Positions 52,782-62,875 are shown, counted from the stretch's first letter. The stretch: 64,000 nt of DNA from Micrococcales bacterium (GCA_031398915.1 JANNOG010000111.1:4108-68107), one strand, 5' to 3'. Notes: a model not told the origin generated them from the sequence alone. Numbers and translations are program-made.

Positions 52782-54878
52782 TCACTGGGCGACCCTCAGG
52801 GCGTCGCCTGCGCCTGTCGCCTCTGCCCGTCCCTTGGCCAGTTGGACGAAGATGTCCAGAGACTCCGGGAGCGCGAGGGCGTCACGGCTGGCGACCACGT
52901 CGAGCGGCTCGCCGGTCAATATCCTCTTCACCGGCAATTCGAGCTTCTTGCCCGTTCGATTTCGAGGTACGGCGGGTATTTCCAGAATGGCGTCGGGCAG
53001 ATGTCGTGGCGACAACGCCGACCGCAGTCCGGTTCTGATGCGCTTGCGCAACTCGTCATCCAGCGAGCGCCCAGTGGCCGCCACCACGAACAGGAGCAAT
53101 TCTCCGTTCCCACCGGCTGCGTCCTCCAGGTGGACGACCAGGCTGTCCTCGATGTCGGGCATTTCTTCCACGACCCGGTAGAATTCGGCCGTGCCCAGCC
53201 GAACTCCACCTCGATTGAGAGTGGCGTCAGATCTGCCGGTTATCACACATCGACCGTCGGCGGTGAAGCGAATCCAGTCCCCGTGGCGCCACACCCCCGG
53301 ATATACATCGAAGTACGCTTCGCGGTACCGCTTGCCGTCCGTGTCACCCCAGAACCCGACCGGCATGGACGGCATCGGCGACGTGATCACCATTTCGCCC
53401 AACTCGTCGATGACGACACGTCCGTCCGGATCGAAAGCCTTGACGTCGACCCCCAGCAGCGGGCCCGACATCTCACCGGGCGAAACGGCCTGGATCGGGC
53501 TGCCGCCGACCAGACAGCTGCACACGTCCGTTCCGCCGCTGACCACGTTGAGCAGCAGGTCACGACCGAATTCACCAGCCACCCAGTCGTATCCCTCGAC
53601 GGCGAGGGGGCTACCGGCCACGCATATCATCCTCAGCCGCGAGAGGTCGACGGCCGCGGTGGGTCGGATACCGGCCTTACGACACGCCATGAGATATCCG
53701 GGGCTCGCCCCGAAATGGGTCACCCCGGCGTCCGCGGCGAGACGCCATTGGTACATGTGGTCGGGATACGACGGATTACCGTCGATCATCACCACCGCCG
53801 CCCGCAGCAACAGTGAGGAGACGACGGCGTTCCACATCATCCATGCCGTGGTCGAGAACCACAGGCAGACGTCTCCGGGGCGGAGGTCCCAGCTGAGCGA
53901 CAGATTCTTGAGATGCTCCACGAGAATCCCGCCATGACCGTGGACGATGGCCTTCGGAATGCCGGTCGTCCCTGACGAGAACAAGACGTACAACGGATGG
54001 TCTGCCGCCACCTGTTCGAAAGCCGGCCCGGTCGCCGCGTCGTCGTCCGAGGCGGCTGCTGCCAGCAACTGCGACCAGTCCGGGGCGTCCGCCACGCGAT
54101 GCTCCCCGTACCGGATACCCACCACGTGAGTGAGGGTCGTGAGGGCGGCGCGGATCTGCGCCACGTCCTCACGCTTGTCGATCGCCGTCTCGCCGTAGGT
54201 GTAACCGCCGACGGTCAACAACACCGTGGGCGTCAGTTGAGAGAACCTGTCGATCACCGCCTTGGCGCCGAACTCGGGCGCGCAGCACGCCCACACCGCC
54301 CCCAGGGATGCCGTGGCCAGGAACGCGGCCAGCGTTTCGGGGATGTTCGGCAGGTAGGCGACCACCCGATCTCCTGGTCGGACTCCCAGTTGGTGGAGCA
54401 CCCGTCGGGCGCGGGTCACTTCGGCGCGCAGGTCGGCGAACGTCCACCGGACGGATTCGCGGGTCTGCGAGTACGCGATGACGGCGATCTGCTCGTCGTC
54501 GTCGCCAGGTGTCGACTCACCGCCCGTGGACTCGGCACCCCTGAACTCGGCGAACGCCGGGGCGTCGGGCCGGCGCCGCAGCATGTGCTCGGCGTAGTTG
54601 AGCCTGGCGCCTGGGAACCACGTCGCCTCGGGCATGTCGTGCGATTCGAGGATCCGGTCATGGTCAACAGCGGCCTGTACCCCGAAGAAGTCCCAGATCG
54701 ACTGCCAGAAAGCCTCGAGTTCGCCGACCGACCACGCCCACAACTGGTCGTACCCGGTGATGTCCAGCCCGCGTTCGCCGTTCAGCCAGGCGATGTAGCG
54801 CTCGATCGACGACGCACCATCGGCACCATCGGCACCATCAGCACTGTCGGGATCGACGCGGACGACTTCCTCGCTCAT
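52782..54878 (-). CDS. Acetoacetate-CoA ligase (acetoacetyl-CoA synthetase)
   Basis: Long ANL enzyme with an N-terminal YIAWLNGERGLD...YDQLWAWSV..FW region typical of AACS, plus FSSGTTGIPKAIVHGHGG and the C-terminal PRNRTGKKLE. I chose the ATG at 54878. Confidence 0.85.
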   Translation of the reverse strand: MSEEVVRVDPDSADGADGADGASSIERYIAWLNGERGLDITGYDQLWAWSVGELEAFWQSIWDFFGVQAAVDHDRILESHDMPEATWFPGARLNYAEHMLRRRPDAPAFAEFRGAESTGGESTPGDDDEQIAVIAYSQTRESVRWTFADLRAEVTRARRVLHQLGVRPGDRVVAYLPNIPETLAAFLATASLGAVWACCAPEFGAKAVIDRFSQLTPTVLLTVGGYTYGETAIDKREDVAQIRAALTTLTHVVGIRYGEHRVADAPDWSQLLAAAASDDDAATGPAFEQVAADHPLYVLFSSGTTGIPKAIVHGHGGILVEHLKNLSLSWDLRPGDVCLWFSTTAWMMWNAVVSSLLLRAAVVMIDGNPSYPDHMYQWRLAADAGVTHFGASPGYLMACRKAGIRPTAAVDLSRLRMICVAGSPLAVEGYDWVAGEFGRDLLLNVVSGGTDVCSCLVGGSPIQAVSPGEMSGPLLGVDVKAFDPDGRVVIDELGEMVITSPMPSMPVGFWGDTDGKRYREAYFDVYPGVWRHGDWIRFTADGRCVITGRSDATLNRGGVRLGTAEFYRVVEEMPDIEDSLVVHLEDAAGGNGELLLFVVAATGRSLDDELRKRIRTGLRSALSPRHLPDAILEIPAVPRNRTGKKLELPVKRILTGEPLDVVASRDALALPESLDIFVQLAKGRAEATGAGDALRVAQ

Positions 54879-54918
54879 CTCAGCCGTGCCGCACCTGACG
54901 TGACCGTGACCGGACGGC

Positions 54919-55296
54919 TCACCGAACCGCGACGAGATCCACGACGAAGATGAGGGTCTCACCCGGAGCGATCGCGCTGCCCGCGCCGCGGTCGCCGTAC
55001 GCGAGGTGCGGCGGAATGGTCAGCTTCCGGCGGCCACCGACCCGCATCCCCGCGATCCCCTGGTCCCAACCCGCGATGACCCGACCCGCACCCAGCGGGA
55101 AGTCCAATGGTGCGCCGCGGCCCCAGGACGCGTCGAACTCGTCACCGCTGGAGTACGCCACACCCACGTAGTGGGCACTGACCGTCTTCCCGGACACCGC
55201 CTCGACGCCATCCCCCACCACCTGATCCTCGATCAGCAGGTCAGTGGGCGGCGGGCCCTCGGGAAAGTCGATCTCGGGCTTCGTCGGTTCTGCCAT
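54919..55296 (-). CDS. FKBP-type peptidyl-prolyl cis-trans isomerase
   Basis: VSAHYVGVAYSSGDEFDASW...FPLGAGRVIAGWDQGIAGMRVGGRRKLTIPPHLAYG...LIFVVDL. Confidence 0.95.
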   Translation of the reverse strand: MAEPTKPEIDFPEGPPPTDLLIEDQVVGDGVEAVSGKTVSAHYVGVAYSSGDEFDASWGRGAPLDFPLGAGRVIAGWDQGIAGMRVGGRRKLTIPPHLAYGDRGAGSAIAPGETLIFVVDLVAVR

Positions 55297-55311
55297 GACG
55301 ACAGCATGCCA

Positions 55312-56289
55312 TTATCGCGAGAAGTCGATGAGGAGCTTGCCGGACCGGCCCGGGGCGGCCAGCGCATCCAGGGCGTCTCGTATTGCGTCGACCGGATACA
55401 CCGACTCGACCACGGGTTGTATGGCGCCCGTGGCCAGCGAAGGTCGGACCTCACGGGCGAATCGGAGGGCGACCTGGGCCTTCTCGGCAGTCGATCGAGC
55501 CCGAAGAACCGTGCCCCTAATGGATTGTCTGCGACGACCCAGCAGACGCAACGGGATAGCGGCCTCGGCCCCGACACCCGTGCCCACGACCACGATGCGA
55601 GCGCCGATCGCGCCCGCGTTCAGGTTGTGCGGAAAATGGACCGCCCCGACGAGCTCCAGAATGACGTCCGCACCCTTTCCGTCGGTGGCCGCCAATACCT
55701 CGTCGACGAAAGTCGCGTCCGTGATCGGTTCGGCGCCGAGCCGACGGACGTGATCCGCAGCCTCCGGGCGCCGGACGACACCCAGGACGCGGGCCCCGGC
55801 GGCCACCCCCAGCTGAACCGCCGCCGTCCCCACCCCACCGGTCGCGCCGTGGACCACCAGGGTTTCGCCCATCACCAGGTCGGCCTGAGTGCGGATCGCA
55901 TCGTGCGCGGTGAAGAACGCTTCGGGAACGGCTGCCGCCTGCAGATCGGTGAGCACGTCGGGTACCGATGCCAGCACGCTCTCGTGGGCGGCGACTCGAT
56001 CGGCCAAGCCGCCTCCACCGACGATCCCGAACACTCGTTGACCGACGTGAACCGCGCCGACCGCCTCACCGACCTCGATCACCGTGCCCGCAACCTCCAG
56101 ACCCGGGATATCGGCAGGACTGCCTGGCGGAGCCGGGTAATGACCGTCCCGCTGCATCAGGTCAGCCGGGTTGAGCCCCGCGTATCGAACCCCGACCAGC
56201 ACCTCGAACGCTCTGGGGCGCGGATCCGGACGGTCCCGGACGGACACCACCTCGTTGCCGCCCGCACCGCTGAACACCACAGCCCTCAT
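55312..56289 (-). CDS. NAD(P)H:quinone oxidoreductase (zeta-crystallin-like MDR family)
   Basis: VRYAGLNPADLMQRDGHYP, GLEVAGTVIEVG and VHGATGGVGTAAVQL. Confidence 0.9.
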   Translation of the reverse strand: MRAVVFSGAGGNEVVSVRDRPDPRPRAFEVLVGVRYAGLNPADLMQRDGHYPAPPGSPADIPGLEVAGTVIEVGEAVGAVHVGQRVFGIVGGGGLADRVAAHESVLASVPDVLTDLQAAAVPEAFFTAHDAIRTQADLVMGETLVVHGATGGVGTAAVQLGVAAGARVLGVVRRPEAADHVRRLGAEPITDATFVDEVLAATDGKGADVILELVGAVHFPHNLNAGAIGARIVVVGTGVGAEAAIPLRLLGRRRQSIRGTVLRARSTAEKAQVALRFAREVRPSLATGAIQPVVESVYPVDAIRDALDALAAPGRSGKLLIDFSR

Positions 56290-56347
56290 GGGCTCATCCC
56301 ATCATGTGCCCTATCCACAGGGACCCGTTGCTGTCACCGATCCCCAG

Positions 56348-57319
56348 ATGGCCGCACGCCAGGCAGCCCGAGGCACTCTCGTTGGCCAGACTTTCCGGGT
56401 GCGCGATCCCGTGACCGCAGGCGACCTCGCGCTCGTACCGTTCCGAGCCGGGCACGGCACGGCGTTGGCGGGTCGGCGATCCGTCTACGGCGCAGACTTC
56501 CAGCAGTTGATGCACGGCGTGCACGGGTCGGCGAGGGAGGCGATCAACCACGGCTTGCTGGTCCAGGCAATGCGAGCGAAGCTGGGACCTGAACCGGTGC
56601 TGGTCGGTGCCAGTGCGGCGTGGGCGCTAGGAAGCCGACTCAACGATCCTGATCAGGCGGTGCATGTCGTCGTGGTCAACGGCAGCGGCGTTCGGCGCCA
56701 ACCACTGTTGGTGGCGCACCGGGTCTCACTCGATCCGAGCGTTGTGATCAGGACATCGCTGGGGCCGGCCACGTCCGCTGCGCGCACAGCTCTGGACATG
56801 GCCCGTGGTTTCGGTGGTGGTCCCGCGACTCACGACATGCGTGTGGCCCATGTCGATGCGCTCCTGAGGGTGACGTCCCTCGCTGCCGACGATGCCAGAA
56901 CGTTTGCCGCCGCCGCCAAGGGCCTGTGGCGACTGGCAGACGCCCGACGCGTCCTCGACACGGTCCGCGACGGCGTCGACTCGGTGAAGGAGTCGGAGTT
57001 ACGCCTGCTGTTGGCACGACAGGGCATCGAGGAGCCGGTGGTCCAGTGCCCCGTTCGGATCGACGGACCCGGAACCAGAATCATCGCGCGGCTGGATCTG
57101 GGATGGCCCCACCACCGGGTCGGAGTCGAGTACGACGGCAGGGTCCACCTCGAACTCCACCAACACTCACGCGACCTGGTACGCCACAACCTGATCCGGG
57201 CTGCCGGCTGGACCGTCCTGCAGGTCGACGCCCGTGGGCTGCGCCGGCCCGAGCCCATCCTTGCCCAGCTGAGGGCGTTGCTGGCCGACTCGGACTTTCG
57301 GCGCGATCGTGCCCGCTGA
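56348..57319 (+). CDS. DUF559 (Vsr-like endonuclease fold) domain protein
   Basis: C-terminal GVEYDGRVHLELHQHSRDLVRHNLIRAAGWTVLQVDARGL is the DUF559 signature common in actinobacteria. The start is uncertain (ATG at 56288 or 56348, or a later GTG). Confidence 0.65.
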   Translation: MAARQAARGTLVGQTFRVRDPVTAGDLALVPFRAGHGTALAGRRSVYGADFQQLMHGVHGSAREAINHGLLVQAMRAKLGPEPVLVGASAAWALGSRLNDPDQAVHVVVVNGSGVRRQPLLVAHRVSLDPSVVIRTSLGPATSAARTALDMARGFGGGPATHDMRVAHVDALLRVTSLAADDARTFAAAAKGLWRLADARRVLDTVRDGVDSVKESELRLLLARQGIEEPVVQCPVRIDGPGTRIIARLDLGWPHHRVGVEYDGRVHLELHQHSRDLVRHNLIRAAGWTVLQVDARGLRRPEPILAQLRALLADSDFRRDRAR

Positions 57320-57360
57320 CCAGCAAGGGCCGTACATGATCGCGCCGAAAGTTGGTGCGG

Positions 57361-57492
57361 GAGCGGGTGGGGCCGGTGTGAGACCCGGGTGGGCCGGTGT
57401 GAGACCCGGGTGGGGCCGGTGTGAGACCCGGGTGGGCCGGCGCGCGGCCCGGGTGGGCCGGCGCGCGGCCCGGGTGGGCCGGCGCGGGAGCG
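57361..57492. repeat. Intergenic tandem repeat, about 6 copies of a 21-22-bp unit in two subfamilies
   Basis: GTGTGAGACCCGGGTGGGCCG occurs 3 times (57376..57439, one copy with an extra G). GCGCGCGGCCCGGGTGGGCCG occurs twice (57440..57481). There are degenerate flanking copies. Each unit carries a CCCGGG palindrome. Confidence 0.9.
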
Positions 57493-57495
57493 GTG

Positions 57496-58128
57496 TCAGT
57501 GACCCCGCGCGATCCACTCGTCCAGGTGGGGAGACTCGGCACCGAGAGTCGTGGTCCCGCCGTGGCCAGGAAGCACCCGGGTGTCCGGGTCGAGGGTGAA
57601 CAACCGGTTCCGGACCGAGGCGATGATCGTGGGAAAGTCGCTGAACGGGCGGCCGGTGGCGCCGGGGCCACCGGGAAACAGGGTGTCGCCGGTCAGCACG
57701 GTGGCGAGGTCGGGAATGTCGAGGGACACCGAGCCCGGGGTGTGCCCCGGCGTGTGCATCACGCGCACGTCGACTCCGGCCACCGACAGGACCTGACCAT
57801 CAGCCAACTCCTGGTCGGGGTCGATCCCGTCGTCGTGGACGGTGCGCCACACGACCAGGTCATCCGGGTGCAAGAGGACCGGCGCGGACACCCGGGCCCC
57901 CAGGGCAGGCGCCTGGCCGATGTGGTCCCGATGGGCATGGGTGCAGACGATCCCGAGGACACGGCGCCCCCCGATCGCCTCGACGATGGGGTCGACCTGG
58001 TGCGGGGCGTCCACCACCAGGCACTGCTCGTCGTCACCGATGATCCAGACGTTGTTCTCGAGGTCGATCGTCTGACCGTCGAACTCGAAGGGACCACTCG
58101 TCACCAGGTGGTCGATTCGCGCGCTCAT
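57496..58128 (-). CDS. MBL-fold metallo-hydrolase (glyoxalase-II-like; likely S-formylmycothiol hydrolase partner)
   Basis: [12 protein letters not shown] (HxHxDH) and HTPGHTPGS. The ATG overlaps the stop of the upstream dehydrogenase gene (ATGA at 58125..58128). Confidence 0.9.
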   Translation of the reverse strand: MSARIDHLVTSGPFEFDGQTIDLENNVWIIGDDEQCLVVDAPHQVDPIVEAIGGRRVLGIVCTHAHRDHIGQAPALGARVSAPVLLHPDDLVVWRTVHDDGIDPDQELADGQVLSVAGVDVRVMHTPGHTPGSVSLDIPDLATVLTGDTLFPGGPGATGRPFSDFPTIIASVRNRLFTLDPDTRVLPGHGGTTTLGAESPHLDEWIARGH

Positions 58129-59213
58129 GCGAAGGTGACCACGGATCGAAGAACCTCGCCACGGTGCATTTTGTCGAATGCCTCCTCCACCCCGCTGAGC
58201 GGGATCGTTTCGGATACGAATGCCTCCAGGGGAAGGCGTCCTTGCAGATGCAGATCGATGAGCAGCGGGAAATCACGACTCGGCAAGCAGTCGCCGTACC
58301 ACGAGGACTTCTGCGACCCACCTCGACCGAACACGTCGATCAGCGGCACGGTGAATTCCATGTCGGGTGTCGGCACACCGACCAGGACGGCGGTCCCGGC
58401 CAGGTCGCGTGCATAGAACGCCTGGCGCCACGTTTCCGGGCGGCCGACCGCGTCGATGACGGCGTCGGCGCCGAACCCGCCGGTGAGGTCTCGGATGGCC
58501 TCGACGACGTCGCTCTCGCGCGCATTGACCGTATGGGTGGCCCCCAGTTCGGTCGCCCACGCCAGCTTTCGATCGTCCAGGTCGACACCGATGATCGTGG
58601 TCGCTCCGGCCAGCCTGGCTCCGGCGATGGCCGCGTTACCGACGCCGCCGCACCCGATCACGGCCACGGACTGCCCCCGGGTGACCTCGGCCGTGTTCAG
58701 CGCAGCCCCCAGCCCGGCCATCACCCCGCACCCGAGTAACCCCGCCACCTCCGGACGCGCACGTGAGTCGACCTTCGTGCATTGACCCGACGCCACCAGC
58801 GTTTTCTCGGCAAAGGCCCCGATGCCCAGCGCGGGGCTGAGTACGGTCCCGTCGACCAGGGTCATCTTCTGGGCGGCGTTGTGGGTGGCGAAGCAGTACC
58901 AGGGTTTGCCCGCGGCGCAGGCCCGGCACTGGCCACACACGGCGCGCCAGTTGAGGACGACGAAGTCCCCCTGTGACACGTCTGCGACGCCATCGCCCAC
59001 CGCCGACACGACACCCGCGGCCTCGTGGCCCAAGAAGAAGGGGTACTCGTCGTTGATCCCGCCCTCGCGATAGTGAAGGTCGGTGTGGCACACCCCGCAT
59101 GCCTGGACATCGACCACCACCTCACCGGGGCCAGGGTCGGGAATGACGATGTCGACGAGCTCGACGGGGGCACCCTTGGTTCGCGAGACGACCCCGGTGA
59201 CGGTCTGCGGCAT
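58125..59213 (-). CDS. S-(hydroxymethyl)mycothiol dehydrogenase (class III Zn alcohol dehydrogenase)
   Basis: [27 protein letters not shown] and [12 protein letters not shown]. It is paired with an MBL hydrolase, as in the mycobacterial mscR locus. I chose the ATG at 59213 (MPQTVTGVV). Confidence 0.9.
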   Translation of the reverse strand: MPQTVTGVVSRTKGAPVELVDIVIPDPGPGEVVVDVQACGVCHTDLHYREGGINDEYPFFLGHEAAGVVSAVGDGVADVSQGDFVVLNWRAVCGQCRACAAGKPWYCFATHNAAQKMTLVDGTVLSPALGIGAFAEKTLVASGQCTKVDSRARPEVAGLLGCGVMAGLGAALNTAEVTRGQSVAVIGCGGVGNAAIAGARLAGATTIIGVDLDDRKLAWATELGATHTVNARESDVVEAIRDLTGGFGADAVIDAVGRPETWRQAFYARDLAGTAVLVGVPTPDMEFTVPLIDVFGRGGSQKSSWYGDCLPSRDFPLLIDLHLQGRLPLEAFVSETIPLSGVEEAFDKMHRGEVLRSVVTFA

Positions 59214-59298
59214 GGTCGGCACGGTACTCGGACCGTTTCTCGGCGACGAGAAAGGCGGCGCGCGTCGCAACCGCGACGTAACGTTCGCGATTGGGTCG

Positions 59299-59628
59299 AT
59301 GGTGCGCCAGATGTGCCTGAGTCTGCCCCAGAATGCCGGCCCACCGCTGCTCGCCGCAGGTGATCGGCTGTCCGTGCGGGCCACCGGCGTAATGCTGGAC
59401 GACGAATTCGTCGACCTGACGCCCACTCAACTCGCGATGCTCCGCGCCCTGGTCGCCCGACCCGGCCACGTCCTCACCCGCGTCGAATCGGCACATGCAA
59501 TGCCCGGCCCCGGCGACGAGAGCGCCGTCGAGATGGCCATCACCCGCTTGCGCAGCGCCCTCAGAGACCCGTCGATCGTGCAGACCGTCGTCAAGCGCGG
59601 CTACCGCCTGGCCGTGGACCCGGGGTGA
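59299..59628 (+). CDS. Stand-alone OmpR/PhoB-type winged-helix DNA-binding domain protein
   Basis: [26 protein letters not shown]...[13 protein letters not shown]...VKRGYRLA is a trans_reg_C-type domain. No receiver domain lies upstream. The start is uncertain. Confidence 0.55.
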   Translation: MVRQMCLSLPQNAGPPLLAAGDRLSVRATGVMLDDEFVDLTPTQLAMLRALVARPGHVLTRVESAHAMPGPGDESAVEMAITRLRSALRDPSIVQTVVKRGYRLAVDPG

Positions 59629-59658
59629 CCTCTCAGTCGCCGCAGTGGACCGGGCACG

Positions 59659-61578
59659 ATGACGAGCATGACGACGACGCCGGGCAACGGGGCCTACGCG
59701 AAGATCTATCAGCGGAGCCTGGCGGATCCTGCAGGTTTCTGGGCAGAGGCTGCAACGGCGGTGACCTGGATTCGTCCGCCGTCACAGGTGCTCGACGACA
59801 GCGCCGCACCCCTGTACCGGTGGTTTCCCGACGCCACGCTCAACACCTGTTACAACGCGTTGGACCGGCACGTCATCGATGGTCGTGGTGACCAGGCCGC
59901 CCTGATCTACGACTCACCGGTCACCGACACCCAACGCGTCTACACCTACGCCAAGCTGCTGGAACTGACCGCCCGATTCGCCGGTGTGCTGCGGGACCTG
60001 GGGGTCGTGGCCGGCGACCGGGTGCTGATCTACATGCCGATGGTGCCCGAGACGGTGGTGGCGATGCTGGCGTGCGCCCGCCTCGGCGCCGTCCACTCGG
60101 TGGTTTTCGGCGGGTTCGCCTCGGCCGAATTGGCGGCGCGGATCGACGACGCCACCCCCAAGGTCGTCGTCTCGGCCTCGTGCGGGATCGAGCCCGCCCG
60201 GGTCATCGCGTACAAACCTTTGCTGGACGCCGCGATCCAACGCGCAACCCACCGCCCTGACTACTGCATCATCCTGCAGCGCCCGCAACTGGTCGCCGAA
60301 CTGGGCGAACTCGACATCGACTGGGCCGCGGCGATGCGCCCCGACGTCGTCGTTCCTGCCGCCTGCACCACGGTGGCGGCGACCGATCCGCTGTACATCC
60401 TGTACACCTCCGGGACGACGGGTCAGCCCAAGGGGATCGTGCGCGACAACGGTGGCCACGCCGTCGCCCTCACCTGGTCCATGGCTGCCATCTTCGACAT
60501 CGCCCCTGGTGAGGTGTTCTGGGCGGCCAGTGACGTCGGCTGGGTGGTGGGCCACTCGTACATCGTCTACGGACCGTTGTTGCGTGGCGCGACGACAGTG
60601 CTGTACGAGGGCAAACCCGTGGGTACCCCAGACGCGGGTGCCTTCTGGCGGGTGATAGCCGAGCATCGGGTCAGCGCACTCTTCACGGCCCCGACCGCGT
60701 TCCGGGCGATCCGTAGGGTGGATCCCACCGCCGAGTCGATGGCCGGCCACGACCTGTCACCGCTGCGTGCCCTGTACCTGGCCGGGGAGCGACTGGACCC
60801 CGACACCTACGAGTGGGCGAGTCGGACACTGGGGGTGCCGGTGATCGACAACTGGTGGCAGACCGAGACCGGCTGGCCCATCTGCGTCAACCCACTGGGA
60901 ATCGAGCGGCTACCCGTCAAGGCCGGCTCGCCTTCGGTGCCGATGCCCGGCTACGACGTCGGGGTTCTCGACGGCTCCGGCCAACTCGTCGAGGCAGGCA
61001 CCGAGGGCGCGATCTGCATCAGGTTGCCGATGCCGCCGGGGACCCTGCCCACCCTGTGGCGGGCCGACGATCGCTATGTCGCCTCGTACCTCTCGGCCTT
61101 CCCTGGTTGGTACCTGTCCGGAGACGGCGGCCTTGTCGACGCAGACGGGTATCTGTACGTCATGGGCCGGACGGACGACGTCATCAACGTCGCCGGACAC
61201 CGGTTGACCACCGGATCGATGGAGGCCGTGATCGCGGCACATCCCGCCGTGGCCGAGTGCGCCGTGGTGGGTGTGGCCGACTCGATCAAGGGTCAGGTGC
61301 CTCGTGCGCTCGTTGTCCTCACCGCGGGTACCGACGTGGACCCGATCCGGCTGGCCGCCGAGATCGTCCAGCTGGTGCGTGACGAGATCGGACCCGTGGC
61401 CGCGCTGCGCCGCGTGGACGTCGTGCCGGCCCTACCCAAGACCCGGTCAGGAAAGATCCTCCGCAAGACCATGCGTGAGATCGCCGACGGTCGAGCGCCG
61501 ACGATCCCCGCGACTATCGAGGACGCCACGGTCCTGGATCAGCTGACCGAGATTCTTCGGCGCGAGGCCGAGTGCTGA
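59659..61578 (+). CDS. prpE: Propionate-CoA ligase (acetyl/propionyl-CoA synthetase family)
   Basis: N-terminal YQRSLADPAGFWAE...WFPDATLNTCYNALDRH, then YTSGTTGQPKG, WWQTETG and the C-terminal LPKTRSGKILR. Confidence 0.85.
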   Translation: MTSMTTTPGNGAYAKIYQRSLADPAGFWAEAATAVTWIRPPSQVLDDSAAPLYRWFPDATLNTCYNALDRHVIDGRGDQAALIYDSPVTDTQRVYTYAKLLELTARFAGVLRDLGVVAGDRVLIYMPMVPETVVAMLACARLGAVHSVVFGGFASAELAARIDDATPKVVVSASCGIEPARVIAYKPLLDAAIQRATHRPDYCIILQRPQLVAELGELDIDWAAAMRPDVVVPAACTTVAATDPLYILYTSGTTGQPKGIVRDNGGHAVALTWSMAAIFDIAPGEVFWAASDVGWVVGHSYIVYGPLLRGATTVLYEGKPVGTPDAGAFWRVIAEHRVSALFTAPTAFRAIRRVDPTAESMAGHDLSPLRALYLAGERLDPDTYEWASRTLGVPVIDNWWQTETGWPICVNPLGIERLPVKAGSPSVPMPGYDVGVLDGSGQLVEAGTEGAICIRLPMPPGTLPTLWRADDRYVASYLSAFPGWYLSGDGGLVDADGYLYVMGRTDDVINVAGHRLTTGSMEAVIAAHPAVAECAVVGVADSIKGQVPRALVVLTAGTDVDPIRLAAEIVQLVRDEIGPVAALRRVDVVPALPKTRSGKILRKTMREIADGRAPTIPATIEDATVLDQLTEILRREAEC

Positions 61579-61582
61579 GCAC

Positions 61583-62875
61583 CTAGAAGACCAGGGTTCG
61601 GCCACGCCCGGGTACGTCACCGGCCACATAGGTCACGCGATCGACCACCGCGGCCGCCGGGTCGCGCAACACCACGGTGTCACCGGCATTGCCCAGCATG
61701 ACCGTGCGCAACCTGACCCGAAGGACGTCGCCTGACCCGATCACCTGCCCGTCCAGGGCGTCGACGTCGCCATGCGAATCCGACAACTGCCACCCGTCGA
61801 GGTTGATGGCCGCTGACGTGGTGTTCAGCAAGGTGACCGTCTCGGCTCCGGCATCGACGCCGACCGGGTCGACCAGGGCGGCGACGATCCGGACGGCACC
61901 GACGCGTTGAGCGGCCGGCGGCTGTGGGATGGGCACCGGACCGGGCGTGGGGCCGGGCGCCCCGGCCCGAGCGGGGAGGACGACGAACGTGTCGGGCCAG
62001 CGGGTCAGCCGAATCGTGTCGCCCTCGACCGCGATCAGGTCGTGAAGTCGGACGAACTGTCCGGAGTCCAGCAGCAGCAGCGAGTCGTCGCGCTCGCTCG
62101 GATTGGCCTGCAACCAGGCGCTGAATCCAGCAAGGCCGCGTAGTCCGGTGGCGAAGTACGTGACCAATCGACGGAACAGCTTGGGCCACATGACGAGCTC
62201 GGTGAGGGCGGCGATCCCGCCACTGACGTCCGCCGCACCATCCGGGTCGGCGGTCGAGCGAGCCCACACCCCCACACGAGTCGCCCGGACAGCCGTGGAG
62301 ACCGACACCACGACATCGCGCAGCTCGACGGGCAGCGTCGTGTACAGCAGTGGGTAGGCCAGACCCTGCGTGATCAGGTCGAGGTTGAGGCTGGCGCGCA
62401 ACTGGGTCTCGTCCAATTCGACCGTCGCACCGTCAGCCAGGGGTGCCTGACCGGTGAAGGCGAAGGCCACGAGTCGACCGTTCTGCTCGACCCCGTTGGA
62501 CAGCACCCACCCCGGCAGCTCGTTCGCGTTGGCAGAACGCACCTGACTGGGTCGCGCCGGGTCGAACACCACGTCGCGGAATCCAGCCGCGGCCAGCAGA
62601 GCGTCGCGAGCGGCGAAACCCAACACCGGGTCCTGGAACGTGTCGGCGAAGTGGGTTTCGAGGGCGTCGATGCCCTCCAGTCGCAGACTGATACGTCCCC
62701 GAGCGGACAGCTTGGGTTCGACGCCGCTCGCCCGGCCCAGATCCTCGACCAGCGTCGGGTCGTCAGGGGCGAACTTGAGGGTGTCACCGTCCGGTTCGGG
62801 ACCCGACCCCGGCGACTCGGGATAGCGAATGACGTAACGGCCGGTCAGCAGACGGTAAGCCACGCGCCCAGACAC
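61583..62875 (-). CDS. Thermonuclease (SNase)-like domain + Pro-rich linker + lamin-tail-domain (LTD) protein
   Basis: SNase-like ISLRLEGIDALETHF ... LITQGLAYPLLY ... RVGVWA. Linker GAPGPTPGPVPIPQPP. LTD-like IVAALVDPVGVDAGAETVTLLNTTSAAINLDGWQLSD...GDTVVLRDPAAAVVDRVTY. The GTG at 62875 shares 1 nt with the upstream stop (TAGTG). Confidence 0.7.
   Translation of the reverse strand: MSGRVAYRLLTGRYVIRYPESPGSGPEPDGDTLKFAPDDPTLVEDLGRASGVEPKLSARGRISLRLEGIDALETHFADTFQDPVLGFAARDALLAAAGFRDVVFDPARPSQVRSANANELPGWVLSNGVEQNGRLVAFAFTGQAPLADGATVELDETQLRASLNLDLITQGLAYPLLYTTLPVELRDVVVSVSTAVRATRVGVWARSTADPDGAADVSGGIAALTELVMWPKLFRRLVTYFATGLRGLAGFSAWLQANPSERDDSLLLLDSGQFVRLHDLIAVEGDTIRLTRWPDTFVVLPARAGAPGPTPGPVPIPQPPAAQRVGAVRIVAALVDPVGVDAGAETVTLLNTTSAAINLDGWQLSDSHGDVDALDGQVIGSGDVLRVRLRTVMLGNAGDTVVLRDPAAAVVDRVTYVAGDVPGRGRTLVF

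Noticed and set aside
56287-56290. Shared CATG giving back-to-back divergent start codons for the quinone oxidoreductase gene and the DUF559 ORF
   Set aside because: The first roughly 60 codons of the plus-strand ORF look non-coding (Ser/Thr/Pro/Arg-rich), so the DUF559 gene more likely starts at or after 56348. The overlap is probably an ORF-calling artefact.
57361-57492. Possible CRISPR array
   Set aside because: The repeats are directly abutting with no spacers, the units are only 21-22 bp, and there are no cas genes in the window.
57081-57671. 196-aa Pro-rich minus-strand ORF spanning the 21-bp tandem repeats (APAHPGRAPAHPGR...)
   Set aside because: It overlaps the 3' ends of two well-supported convergent genes. 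Its periodic sequence is a by-product of the DNA repeat, whose 21/22-bp units would not all keep frame.
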